Source: Desulfocapsaceae bacterium
GTDB taxonomy: Bacteria > Desulfobacterota > Desulfobulbia > Desulfobulbales > Desulfocapsaceae
DNA length: 64,000 nucleotides
NCBI GenBank assembly: GCA_963674815.2
Contig: CAXXTV010000009.1
Span: 73,515 to 137,514 of the forward strand
Reading direction: 5' to 3'
Shown: piece after piece, positions 21,797-31,493 of the stretch
Layout: every line of letters starts with the position of its first letter
Position numbering within the stretch: the first letter of the stretch is position 1
The notes under the pieces: model-generated
The model's database searches: none
What the model saw: only the letters and a program-made list of their open reading frames with translations
What the model was told of the DNA's origin: nothing
Program-made: the position numbers and the translations under genes

Positions 21797-22240
21797 ATGA
21801 CCTCTATTTCGATTCGTCAGCTGGCTGTGGCGATGTGCAGAAAGAATTTTGCCGAACTGGTCAGCTACCAGATAGACAAGCGATCACTCGCTGATCTGGA
21901 TGCAGCCATTGAAGAAGCAAAGCGCTGCCTGCCTCCTGAAATTCAGCTTGAAATTGACGAAATCATAAAATACAGCGATACAATAACGGCTGACAGAGGT
22001 TTCTGGAGCACTGACTGCGGCAAGGCCCTGCGGTTTTTTACCTCCAAGACTGAAAAACATCTCGCAGATCGTTTCATCCGCGTGACAGAAAAAGAGCTGA
22101 TCGAGATTTTCCATATCATTGTCATGCACGCTGCATGGCTGGCCCGGAAAGAGCCCCGGCAGATCGGTCTGCTGCGCAAAAGAGCACTCCGGTCACACAG
22201 CAGCGACATCTACCCCCAGCAGCGTCCCTGCCACGCCTGA
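21797..22240 (+). CDS. hypothetical protein
   Basis: ORF with an internal ATG at 21797 preceded by GGGGGGAGA. No recognisable motif. Confidence 0.4.
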   Translation: MTSISIRQLAVAMCRKNFAELVSYQIDKRSLADLDAAIEEAKRCLPPEIQLEIDEIIKYSDTITADRGFWSTDCGKALRFFTSKTEKHLADRFIRVTEKELIEIFHIIVMHAAWLARKEPRQIGLLRKRALRSHSSDIYPQQRPCHA

Positions 22241-22267
22241 GTGCCTGTCGGAGTCTGCACTTCAGCT

Positions 22268-22531
22268 TCAGAGATCCCGGCTTTCTCCACCACCGTTTCT
22301 GCTCCTGAGATAGGCAATGATATCATCACTCTCATACATGGCGGTCTGACCATCGACAAGAAACGGCACCATCTGGCTGCCCCCCCGCGCCTCAACAGCT
22401 GACTGCCCCGCTGTCCCGGGTCCTGCAGGGATAACCTCAAAATCCTCTCCTTCGACGAGACCGAGTTCAACGGCAGCCCTGCTGACTTTTCTGCAGAATG
22501 GGCAGCTGTCCCATAAATAAAGTTGAATCAC
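22268..22531 (-). CDS. glutaredoxin-like thiol-disulfide protein
   Basis: 87 aa. N-terminal beta-strand plus the CPFC active site (LYLWDSCPFCRKV), and VPFLVDG...YESDDIIAYL. Confidence 0.8.
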   Translation of the reverse strand: MIQLYLWDSCPFCRKVSRAAVELGLVEGEDFEVIPAGPGTAGQSAVEARGGSQMVPFLVDGQTAMYESDDIIAYLRSRNGGGESRDL

Positions 22532-22570
22532 CTGTGCACCTTGTTGAATTTTCCTGTTACACGGGACCGA

Positions 22571-23341
22571 TCAGCTTCGAATCCCAATTCCTTTTTTCAG
22601 CAGATAGAGATTGACGGAAAACAGCACGACCGAAAAAAGAAGCAGCATGCCGAGTCCTGAGACCACGGGAATGTCTGAAATTCCCAGGAAACCGTAGCGA
22701 AATCCGTCAATCATATAGACAATCGGGTTTGCCCGGGATAATGTCTGCCAGAAGTCTGGCAGCAGGGATATCGAATAAAATACGCCGCCAAAATAGGTGA
22801 GCGGCGTGATAACAAACGTGGGGATAATGGAAATATCATCGAATTTTCGGGCAAAGATACCGTTGATCATTCCGGCAAGCGAGAAAACAAAACTTGTCAA
22901 AATCGCAAAGAGTATCACATAGCCGAGGTTAAACAGCGGTATCCCGGTAAAAAACAAGCTGACGAAGGACACCAGAAGACCGACACAGAGACCGCGGACC
23001 ATCCCCCCGGAGACATAGCCGAGCACAATGATGTAATCCGGTGTCGGACTCACCAGCAGCTCCTCGATGTTGCGCTGGAATTTCGCACTGAAAAAACTTG
23101 AAACCGTATTGGTATAGGAATTGGTTATTATCGACATCATGATCAGGCCCGGGGCAATAAAAGCCATGTAGTCATAACCGCCGACATCCCGCAGCTGAGA
23201 GCCGATCAGTCGCCCGAAGATGATAAAATAAAGCGTCATCGTGATAACAGGCGGAACGAGCGTCTGAACCCAGATCCGAAAAATCCTGGTCGACTCCTTC
23301 CGGGTAATGCTGAACAGCGAAATAAGATTTGGACTCATCAC
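22571..23341 (-). CDS. ABC-2 type exporter permease
   Basis: 256 aa with six predicted TM segments. ABC-2 family look (RIFRIWVQTLVPPVITMTLYFIIFG). Overlaps the upstream ATPase gene by 4 nt. Confidence 0.8.
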   Translation of the reverse strand: MMSPNLISLFSITRKESTRIFRIWVQTLVPPVITMTLYFIIFGRLIGSQLRDVGGYDYMAFIAPGLIMMSIITNSYTNTVSSFFSAKFQRNIEELLVSPTPDYIIVLGYVSGGMVRGLCVGLLVSFVSLFFTGIPLFNLGYVILFAILTSFVFSLAGMINGIFARKFDDISIIPTFVITPLTYFGGVFYSISLLPDFWQTLSRANPIVYMIDGFRYGFLGISDIPVVSGLGMLLLFSVVLFSVNLYLLKKGIGIRS

Positions 23342-24243
23342 TCCACCAGCTCCAGGAACAGCTCTTCGAGCCTGTTGCTCTTGTTCCTCATACTCTCGAT
23401 AACGATGTTCTGGCTGCTGAGATGCGCAAAGAGATGGTTGAGCGACTCTTCCTTGCCAAGCGTCACTTCAATGGTCGTCTCATCGACCACTGAAAACTGG
23501 AACGGTTCAAGGGGCATCAATTCGGTCACGGTATCTCTGGTATCAAGGACAAAGGTCTCTTTATCGAGTTTTCTCAAAAGCTCACGCTTGCTGGTGTTTT
23601 CGATCAGTTTCCCGTCGGCGATGATCCCGATCCGGTCACAGAGCCGTTCTGCTTCTTCGAGGTAATGGGTGGTCAAGATGATGGTTTTTCCCGAGGCGTT
23701 GAATTCTTCCAGAAATTCCCACATTCCCCTGCGCAGCTCGACGTCCACTCCGGCCGTCGGCTCATCAAGGACCAGCAGGCGGGGCTCATGCACGAGCCCG
23801 CGGGCAATCATCAGGCGCCGCTTCATGCCTCCGGATAGTTCACGGGCTGCAACATTTCTTTTTTCCCAGAGGCCGAGCTTGCGCAGATATTTCTCACTAC
23901 TCTGCCTGGCCTGCTGCCGTGGAATGCCATAATACCCGGCCTGCTGACAGACGATATCCTGAACTTTTTCGAAAATTGAAAAATTGTATTCCTGCGGCAC
24001 AACACCAATGAGCCGTTTGGCCGCAGAAAAATCAACATCGATATCGATGCCGAAAATTTTTACGGTACCGGCCGTCTTGGTAACCAGGGAGGTAATAATT
24101 CCGATCGTTGTTGTCTTTCCCGCACCATTCGGGCCGAGCAGTCCGAAGAAATCGCCCTCCCCAACCGTCAGTGAGATGCCGTCAAGGGCCTGAACACCGC
24201 CGCCGTAGCGTTTGTAAAGATTGTCTATTTCCAGCGCCTTCAT
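23338..24243 (-). CDS. ABC transporter ATP-binding protein
   Basis: Walker A GLLGPNGAGKTT, signature LSGGMKRRL, Walker B LLVLDEPTAGVD. Start taken at ATG 24243 (MKALEIDNLYKRYGG) rather than the tracked 24282. Confidence 0.9.
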   Translation of the reverse strand: MKALEIDNLYKRYGGGVQALDGISLTVGEGDFFGLLGPNGAGKTTTIGIITSLVTKTAGTVKIFGIDIDVDFSAAKRLIGVVPQEYNFSIFEKVQDIVCQQAGYYGIPRQQARQSSEKYLRKLGLWEKRNVAARELSGGMKRRLMIARGLVHEPRLLVLDEPTAGVDVELRRGMWEFLEEFNASGKTIILTTHYLEEAERLCDRIGIIADGKLIENTSKRELLRKLDKETFVLDTRDTVTELMPLEPFQFSVVDETTIEVTLGKEESLNHLFAHLSSQNIVIESMRNKSNRLEELFLELVE

Positions 24244-24253
24244 ACATCGCCTT

Positions 24254-25141
24254 TTAATGCTGCGCGCTGCAGAGAGCAGCAAAATAGTCGACCATCTCCT
24301 GAGCCAGGTTTCTCCCCTCGAGCTGTGAGACCTGCATGATGCCGGTCGGGCAGGTAATGTTGATTTCCGTCAGTGTTTCGCCAATGAAATCAAGCCCTGC
24401 AAAGTGGATTCCGCGGGCCGCCAGCCAGGGGCCGAGTTCATTGACAATCTGCTGCTCCCTGGCGGTAAGCGTGGTTGCCAGCGCATCACTCATGGCAAAA
24501 TTGGCGTGATATCCTTCTTTTGGCCGGCGCAGGGATGCGCCGATGCACTTTTCGCCAAGCATCAGGACACGCTTGTCACCATCATAGACCGAGTCGAGAA
24601 ACTCCTGGGCCATAACCGGCCGCGACCCGCCTGCGGTGAACTGATCTATCAGTTTCAGGTCTGCTGAGCTGACCCGCTGCACTGATTTCCCCTGAAAACT
24701 GTCGAGCGCCTTGACAATGCCGCCATCATGCTGTCTGAAAAATTCAATGAGCTGGTCCACACTGGAGCTTACCAGAGTCGCAGGCATGTATCGGTGGAAG
24801 GGCAGGGTTATCAGTTTTTCATTAAAGTCACGCAGCGCCGATGGATCGTTCACAACCAGGGTTGCCGACAGCGAGAGCAGCTGTGTGGCGTAATGAAAGG
24901 CCATGTCATAGGGAGGTTCCTTGCGCATCAGGATCAGGTTATAATCGTCCAGCTTCCGGCACTGCTGGGCGCCGCTTGAATCCTCGGCGATCACGGCGGC
25001 CTCTCTGTCAAAAAACAGTTTGTCAATTGTTGCGGTATCGACCCTGAAATTGCTCTTTCTTCCCTGGTTAATCAAAGCAAGGGATGTATCGGTCTTTGGA
25101 TTCAGCCCCTCAACCGAATCAAGCACAACCAGCCACTGCAT
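24254..25141 (-). CDS. gshB: glutathione synthetase (prokaryotic ATP-grasp type)
   Basis: Collinear with E. coli GshB as I recall it (ILMRKEPPYDMAFHYAT, NDPSALRDFNEKL, GDKRVLMLGE, GLDFIGETLTEINITCPTGI). Start at ATG 25141, preceded by AAGGAGAG. Confidence 0.9.
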   Translation of the reverse strand: MQWLVVLDSVEGLNPKTDTSLALINQGRKSNFRVDTATIDKLFFDREAAVIAEDSSGAQQCRKLDDYNLILMRKEPPYDMAFHYATQLLSLSATLVVNDPSALRDFNEKLITLPFHRYMPATLVSSSVDQLIEFFRQHDGGIVKALDSFQGKSVQRVSSADLKLIDQFTAGGSRPVMAQEFLDSVYDGDKRVLMLGEKCIGASLRRPKEGYHANFAMSDALATTLTAREQQIVNELGPWLAARGIHFAGLDFIGETLTEINITCPTGIMQVSQLEGRNLAQEMVDYFAALCSAQH

Positions 25142-25756
25142 CTCTTCTCTCTCCTTTGTTCCTGTCAAACCGACGAGTGAATCGCTCTGCCGCGAGCCAG
25201 ACTGCCGCGATGAGCTTCTTCTCTCACTTTTGTCGGGTAACAATAACCTTGAACATCGTTAAATCCACCCCGGGGACCATGTTTTTTTCCTGAATTATTA
25301 CCGTAAGTTCAAATCAGCACGCGCCGGTCGGACAGAACCATGACCAGTGCAGGGATCGCGGGCTCTGCTCAACCATAATGTATCCTGTTATTACAACAGC
25401 ATTTTCTTCATTTTGGCCTCGTTGACTACTCTTTCACGTTCAACTAGGTTCCCATAAACCCTGCGGTCCGGACTCCTTTTTTTGCAGACAACTCAGGAGC
25501 ATGGTCAAGAAGTACAAAAAGACCTGCAGGAAGACGGGACTCAATGACAGATACGGCCAGGTGCAGGTTGTACCGGAAGCCGACAGGAACAGGGCAAAGC
25601 AAGGCAAAATAAAACATCAATTGCTCAACAATCTTGTCCGAATAGATTTTTAGGGGTAGATTGGCACTGGTAAACCAATCTCATGATAGAGGATCGTGAC
25701 ATGTTCCAGACACGCAAGCTCCATAACAGCAATCTTCAGCCCCGGGCTTTTCAACT

Positions 25757-26512
25757 ATGATACAGCGTCAACAGAAATCAATCCCTGCCAGCGGCCAGGG
25801 TCTAGCGTCGTTAGCACCGGCAGTCGTGATAGCACTTTTCCTGCAGCTCGTTACAATACCCGTGCTGTCTTCCCAGCTCCGGGCTGAAAGCCAGTATGTC
25901 ATCCCCACCGCAGAAATTCCCTTACGCCGAGGCCAGGGAACAGACTACAAGATTGTTGCCCTGGTCAGTGACGGTACCCGGGTCGAAGTTGTCGAACGGG
26001 GCGAATCATACAGCCTGGTCCGTCTGGACAATGACAAGGAGGGGTGGATTCTCACCCGGTTTCTCAGTGACAAACCGCCGCTGACCCAGGTTGTTGATGA
26101 ATTGACCAGGGAAAACGAAGCACTCAAGGTGCTGCAGGAGCAGAGCGAGGAGAAACTGGTCGTACAGCAACAGCAGAGCAGTCAAAAGCTTGACGAACTC
26201 AGTCAGACGCTTATGGAAACAGATCAGGCACTGAAAGCAACCCAGGCTGAAAAATCCGCCCTCGCCGCCTCCTTTGAAAAACTGAGAAACGATACCGCCA
26301 ATGTAATTGAAATCAAGCAGGAACTGACAGACGTCACAGCCGAAAACAAAGCAATAAAAGAGAAACTCACGGTCCTTGCCAGGGAAAATGAAGAGTTGAA
26401 AAACGATGAAAAAATCAACTGGTTTCTCGCCGGGGGAGGCGTTCTTTTGCTCGGCATCATTATCGGCAAGATTACCAGCAGATCGCGCAAGCGCAAGCCG
26501 TCACTCCTGTAA
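25757..26512 (+). CDS. SH3-domain membrane protein (YgiM/TIGR04211-like)
   Basis: Signal/TM segment, bacterial SH3 segment (LRRGQGTDYKIVALVSDGTRVEVVERGESYSLVRL...GWI), long coiled coil, and a C-terminal TM followed by a basic tail. Confidence 0.75.
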   Translation: MIQRQQKSIPASGQGLASLAPAVVIALFLQLVTIPVLSSQLRAESQYVIPTAEIPLRRGQGTDYKIVALVSDGTRVEVVERGESYSLVRLDNDKEGWILTRFLSDKPPLTQVVDELTRENEALKVLQEQSEEKLVVQQQQSSQKLDELSQTLMETDQALKATQAEKSALAASFEKLRNDTANVIEIKQELTDVTAENKAIKEKLTVLARENEELKNDEKINWFLAGGGVLLLGIIIGKITSRSRKRKPSLL

Positions 26513-26669
26513 CCCGCCGATTCTCGCGCCGAGATCCGGGAGCAGATTCATCTTCGCTCCTCAGGCCCGATTAATTTTTTGAGCCGGGAACCATCCAGAG
26601 AAGAAAATGATTATACATAGAGATAGATGCAGGGAAGCTGTCTCTTTATTCTCGCACGGGTGAATTCGA

Positions 26670-28242
26670 GTGAATGTTTCTTCATCAGGGCAACGATGGC
26701 TGATCGACCTCCTGCAGGACCCGGAACTCTACGATCATCCGGTACGCTGTTTTGAGGTTATCGAAACCCACATTTCCTGGGTCATTCTCACCGGCGACTT
26801 CGCCTACAAAATCAAGAAACCGCTCGATTTTGGCTTCCTTGATTTCTCCTCACTAGAAAAGCGGCATCTCAACTGCCGCGAAGAATTACGCCTGAATCGC
26901 CGGCTGGCACCGCACTTATATCTTGAACTGGTGAAGATCAGCGGCTCAACAAAGCGCATAGAGCTGAACGGGCCCGGGCCTGCCCTCGAATATGCGGTGA
27001 AAATGGCCCAGTTCCCGCAAACAGCGCAGCTTGACTGTCTACCTCCTGAAAACGGGCTGAGCGATGAGATTATGGCCCGGCTTGCTGAGAAAGTTGCGCA
27101 GTTTCATCTGTCAGTGGCGGCCGCCCCGAAGAGCAGTGCGTGGGGCGGAGTAGAACATGTTCGAAAAACGGTGCTGGAGAATTTCGAGCATATTCGCCGC
27201 TCTGTCCAGGATCCTGCACACTCGGCGCAGCTCACTGAACTGGAGCACTGGAGCAGAACGCAGCTCGAAAACCTTGGCGCAGAAATCGCCGAGCGTAAAG
27301 CGCTCGGGTTCGTGCGGGAGTGCCACGGGGACATGCATTTACGAAATATCGCCTGGTGGAAGGACGACATTATCATCTTTGACTGTATCGAATTCAATGC
27401 CGGGCTTCGTTTCATCGACGTCGTCAGCGAGATCGCTTTTCTGATCATGGATCTCGAAGTCCGCCGGAAAAAAACACAGGCCAGCCATTTTCTCAACAGC
27501 TACCTGAGACTGACCGGCGATTTCGCAGGTCTGAAACTTCTCCGTTTCTACAAGGTGTACCGCGCGCTCGTGCGGGCCAAGGTCGATATCCTGCTTTCGG
27601 TTCAGGAGCAGCCCGGTTCAAAAGCACAGGTCCAGACACTTGCTGACTTCGACCGGTATCTCGACCTGGCTGGGAATTACACGCGCCCGCCCTCGCCGCT
27701 TCTGCTTGTCAGCCACGGGATGTCGGGAACAGGGAAATCTTCCGGAGCCCGTTTAATCGCCGACAGGATGCCGGCGATCGTGGTCAGTTCCGATGTCGAG
27801 CGCAAGCGTATTTTCAATGATACAGACAGCAGCACAGCTGCTTTTGAAAAAGGGATCTACACGCCCGAGAATAACTGGCAAGACGTACGCCCGGCTTGGT
27901 GAACTGGCGCGCTGCCTGCTGGCCGCAGGCTATAGTGTTATCATCGATGCAGCAAACCTGAAACGTGCGCAAAGAGAGATCTTTGCCAACCTGGCAAAAT
28001 CACTCTCTGTGCCGCTTCTCATTCTCTCCTATACCGCCGCTGCCGCAACGCTGAGAAGCCGGGTGGACAAACGTGCCCGCAGCGGCAGTGATATTTCCGA
28101 TGCGACGGTTGCGATTCTTGAGCACCAGCTGGTCGCCCGTGAGCCGCTCACGGCTGATGAGCGACTCTGTGACCTTGAAATCGACACGGAGCAAACCATC
28201 GACATTGAGCAGCTACTGGCTCAGATTGACAACGCCCGTTAA
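26670..28242 (+). pseudogene. bifunctional aminoglycoside-phosphotransferase-like kinase / P-loop ATP-binding protein, +1 frameshift as sequenced
   Basis: APH-type catalytic loop HGDMHLRNI in ORF 26670-27902. P-loop SHGMSGTGKSS near its end. The AAA_33-like remainder (GKTYARLGELARCLLAAGYSVIIDAANLKRAQRE) lies in ORF 27793-28242. The frames join if one base is removed in 27864-27873. Confidence 0.75.
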
Positions 28243-28282
28243 TGCCGGGAAAGATCTGACGACCTGAACCCGTGCCAGCACA

Positions 28283-28687
28283 CTATTTCTTTTCTTTCAG
28301 CAGGTCCCGTATCTCGGTTAGGAGCAATTCTTCCTTGCTCGGCTCGGGAGGCGCTGCCGGCGCCTCTTCTTCCTGTTTTTTCAGGCTGTTCATAAACTTG
28401 ATGGCCATGAATATAGCAAAAGCGATGATGGTAAAATCAACCATCGTCTGGATGAAATTCCCGTAACTCAGTACCACTGCAGGCACGTCTCCTGCTGCCT
28501 CCTTCAGCGTTATCGCCAGGCTGGTGAAATCCACTCCGCCGAGAAGGACGCCGATAGGGGGCATGATCACATCGGCAACAAATGACGAGACAATTTTTCC
28601 AAACGCGCCGCCGATGATGATACCGACAGCCATATCAACGACATTTCCCTTTACTGCAAAATCCTTGAACTCCTGCATCATTCCCAT
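28283..28687 (-). CDS. mscL: large-conductance mechanosensitive channel
   Basis: 134 aa. [40 protein letters not shown] is canonical MscL. Confidence 0.95.
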   Translation of the reverse strand: MGMMQEFKDFAVKGNVVDMAVGIIIGGAFGKIVSSFVADVIMPPIGVLLGGVDFTSLAITLKEAAGDVPAVVLSYGNFIQTMVDFTIIAFAIFMAIKFMNSLKKQEEEAPAAPPEPSKEELLLTEIRDLLKEKK

Positions 28688-29073
28688 GATAATTTCTCCT
28701 TCCAGGATAATTAATCAACACTGTTTTGAGGATACCACCGACTCGTCAGCTGACAGTCAGAAAAACTCTCATACGCTGAAACCGCAACACAGCTTCAATT
28801 TGAAACCTACCCTAAGAACGTGACAGGAATAAATCAAGAGAACAGCCCAGCTTTTCTGGCTTTTCTCTTTAGGCAAGATCGTTTATGGCCGGGATTTTTT
28901 TAACGCCAGCCTGGTCGATTTGCCTGTAAAAGCGTGGTTCTGCTGGTCAACAGCACAACTCCCCTGTTTGTTGAGGTTTGGAGACAAATCATCTCCCCAC
29001 TCAGTGCCTTTCAACGACAACCTTAAAATAATAATTTACAAGTTACTTGACATCTATTTTTTAAGATATTATT

Positions 29074-29102
29074 CCATATATAAGAATATCGTCCATATAT
29101 GG
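29074..29102. promoter_or_regulatory. candidate operator: two CCATATAT boxes, the second forming the 10-bp palindrome CCATATATGG over the iclR-family gene RBS
   Basis: CCATATAT at 29074-29081 and CCATATATGG at 29093-29102, directly abutting GGAG (29101-29104) and ATG 29110. TTGACA at 29047-29052 lies upstream. Confidence 0.3.
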
Positions 29103-29109
29103 AGAATAA

Positions 29110-29883
29110 ATGAATCCGCTGCATAAGATTTTCTCCGTTATTGAGATTGTGGTTGCCTGGCAGGAGAGAGGCGCGACCTACTCCGACATAGTAAAAGCCT
29201 CAGACCTTCCAAAGTCCTCGGTTCATCGGATACTCAAAGATCTCACCGAACTCAGATATCTCAAGTTTAACCCGACGACAAGACGGTATTTCGGCAGTCT
29301 CCGCCTTGCTGCACTCGGTGCGGAGGTAATGGCCCATTTTCAGTTGCGCGATCATATCCATCCCTTTCTTCTCGATCTTCACCAGGAAACAGAACATACC
29401 GCTAATTTTGGCGTTCTCGATGGCAACCATGGAGTGTTCGCAGACAAAGTGGAGTCCCGTGATTTCGGCGTCAAACTTTTTTCTGCAATCGGCAAAACAT
29501 TCCCCCTGCATTGCACAGGCCTCGGCAAGGTATTGCTCGCATTTTCACCTGTGGAAACCCTCGACCAATTTCTGGAGGCGCCGCTCGTCCCTGTAACAAA
29601 GAAAACAATCACTGATCCTGGGCAATTAAGAAAGGAGCTAGCTGCAGTTGCTGAACAGGGCTATGCACTTGATAACGAAGAGATTACCCGGGGAATCATG
29701 TGCCTTGCCGGGCCTGTCTTCGGATTTGAGCACGACCTGGTCGGTGCCGTAAGTATCGCATTTCCAGCCTCCGTCAAGCATGACCGAGGAATTGAGCGGG
29801 AGATAACAGCAATAAAAAAATATTCGGCCGTGATATCGCAATCCTTAAGCGGCAATAAGGCCGCAATTTATAATAAAATTTAA
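29110..29883 (+). CDS. IclR-family transcriptional regulator (KdgR-like context)
   Basis: 257 aa. N-terminal wHTH (YSDIVKASDLPKSSVHRILKDL) and an IclR effector domain (LHCTGLGKVLLAF, GIMCLAGPVF). Confidence 0.85.
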   Translation: MNPLHKIFSVIEIVVAWQERGATYSDIVKASDLPKSSVHRILKDLTELRYLKFNPTTRRYFGSLRLAALGAEVMAHFQLRDHIHPFLLDLHQETEHTANFGVLDGNHGVFADKVESRDFGVKLFSAIGKTFPLHCTGLGKVLLAFSPVETLDQFLEAPLVPVTKKTITDPGQLRKELAAVAEQGYALDNEEITRGIMCLAGPVFGFEHDLVGAVSIAFPASVKHDRGIEREITAIKKYSAVISQSLSGNKAAIYNKI

Positions 29884-29902
29884 TTATTGAGGAGGGATCG
29901 TC

Positions 29903-30901
29903 ATGAAAAAACATCTGCTGGCTGGATTATTTGTCCTTTTGGGTCTGGCCCTTCTGCTCGTTGGTCATGCCGGAGCCGAAGATTTCGTTTTTAAATATTC
30001 AAACTCTCAGTCTGATACTCATCCACGATCAGTATCAATGTACTATTTCAAGGATCTGCTGGAAGCAGCTTCAGGAGGCAGGATAAAGGTCGAGCTCTAC
30101 ACGTCAGGAGTACTCGGCAAGGAAGCCGAGGTCCTTGATATGGTAAAAACCGGCAACCTGCAGGGTTGCCGCGGCGGTCTTTTCGAGCGGGCCAACAAGA
30201 TGTATCTGCTCTATACACTGCCGTTCATGTTTGACAATACAGACCAGGTGCTCAATCTCATGCGCGGTGACTTCGGTACAAAGGTCAACGAGGGCGCCAA
30301 AGAAAACGGCTATTACATCCCGGCCTGCGGAGTTGCTGGAGGATTCCGGAACATTACCAATAATGTCAGGCCAATCAAGATGCCTGAGGATATCAAGGGG
30401 CTCAAGATGAGGACACCACCCATCGATATGACCATCAAGACCTTTAAAACACTTGGTGCAAATCCGCAGATGGTCGCCTACACCGAGACCTACATGGCAT
30501 TGAAATCGGGGGTGGTTGACGGCCAGGAAAATCCATTTTCCAACACCGTGGATATGAAATTTTATGAAGCACAAAAATACCTGTCGGTGGTGAACTGGCA
30601 GATTCATCCTGATCCGTTTTATGTCAACCCAGACTGGTATCAGTCTCTCCCGGCTGACCTGAAGCAGGTTTTTGACGCCTCAGCCAAGGCTGCAATGATT
30701 TACAGCGACACCATCTGGCTCAATTCCGAAAATAATTATTACAGTTTTCTGCAGACAAAACTGGAAACCAACACCCTTGCACCCGAGGTTACGGCCAAAT
30801 TCGCTGAGGCGGCCAGGCCGGTCTGGCAACAGTATGTCGATGACGGCTATTTTTCCTGGGATGATGTTAATGCCGCCCAAAAAGCAGCAAAGAGTAATTA
30901 G
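29903..30901 (+). CDS. dctP: TRAP transporter substrate-binding protein
   Basis: 332 aa. Signal peptide and DctP-family body (HPRSVSMYYFKDLLEAASGGRIKVELYTSGVLG...). Followed by the Q and M subunits. Confidence 0.85.
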   Translation: MKKHLLAGLFVLLGLALLLVGHAGAEDFVFKYSNSQSDTHPRSVSMYYFKDLLEAASGGRIKVELYTSGVLGKEAEVLDMVKTGNLQGCRGGLFERANKMYLLYTLPFMFDNTDQVLNLMRGDFGTKVNEGAKENGYYIPACGVAGGFRNITNNVRPIKMPEDIKGLKMRTPPIDMTIKTFKTLGANPQMVAYTETYMALKSGVVDGQENPFSNTVDMKFYEAQKYLSVVNWQIHPDPFYVNPDWYQSLPADLKQVFDASAKAAMIYSDTIWLNSENNYYSFLQTKLETNTLAPEVTAKFAEAARPVWQQYVDDGYFSWDDVNAAQKAAKSN

Positions 30902-30992
30902 GCTCTTTAATAATACCGCAAATGTCCTGCCTGCGTCTCTTCAGGAGGCTGCTGTAAGACATTTGCGGCAATTTCTGCTGAAACGGTGACAC

Positions 30993-31493
30993 ATGGATTC
31001 TCTGAAACGGGTATCATACCTGTTAAGCCTCATCCTTGACGGGATCATCGCCTCCTTTTTTACCTTCATTCTCCTGATTACCATCCTGCAGGTGATCCTG
31101 CGTTATGTATTCAACACCTCTGTCCTGGGGGGCAACGAGGCCATGGAGACGCTTTTCATCTATACCACTGCGGTAGGAGCTGCAGTAGCTGTGCGAAGGA
31201 GACAGCACATCAATATCGGTTACTTCGTACAATTGCTGCCCCCACTTCTTCAGCGCCTGGCGGATATTGCTGTCCATGTCCTGGTCGCTTTTTTAAACGG
31301 TGTAATTATCTATTACAGCATTACCTGGATCAGCAAGGTCGGAACCAACGAGTCACCTGTCCTGAGGGTTCCGGAGTGGATATTCCAGTTCAGCATTCCC
31401 ATCGGCTGCAGCCTCGTCATCATCTTCTGCCTGGTGAATATCTCTCTAGTAATACATAATGAACAGCCGGATCAGGGAGATGAAACATGCTGA
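30993..31493 (+). CDS. dctQ: TRAP transporter small permease
   Basis: 166 aa with four TM segments. Overlaps the dctM start. Confidence 0.8.
   Translation: MDSLKRVSYLLSLILDGIIASFFTFILLITILQVILRYVFNTSVLGGNEAMETLFIYTTAVGAAVAVRRRQHINIGYFVQLLPPLLQRLADIAVHVLVAFLNGVIIYYSITWISKVGTNESPVLRVPEWIFQFSIPIGCSLVIIFCLVNISLVIHNEQPDQGDETC

Noticed and set aside
25263-25756. The gshB-SH3 intergenic region, including a ~50-aa Lys-rich ORF starting at 25501, as a small gene or RNA.
   Set aside because: There is no recognisable motif, RBS or conserved structure that I can verify by eye, so the evidence is insufficient.
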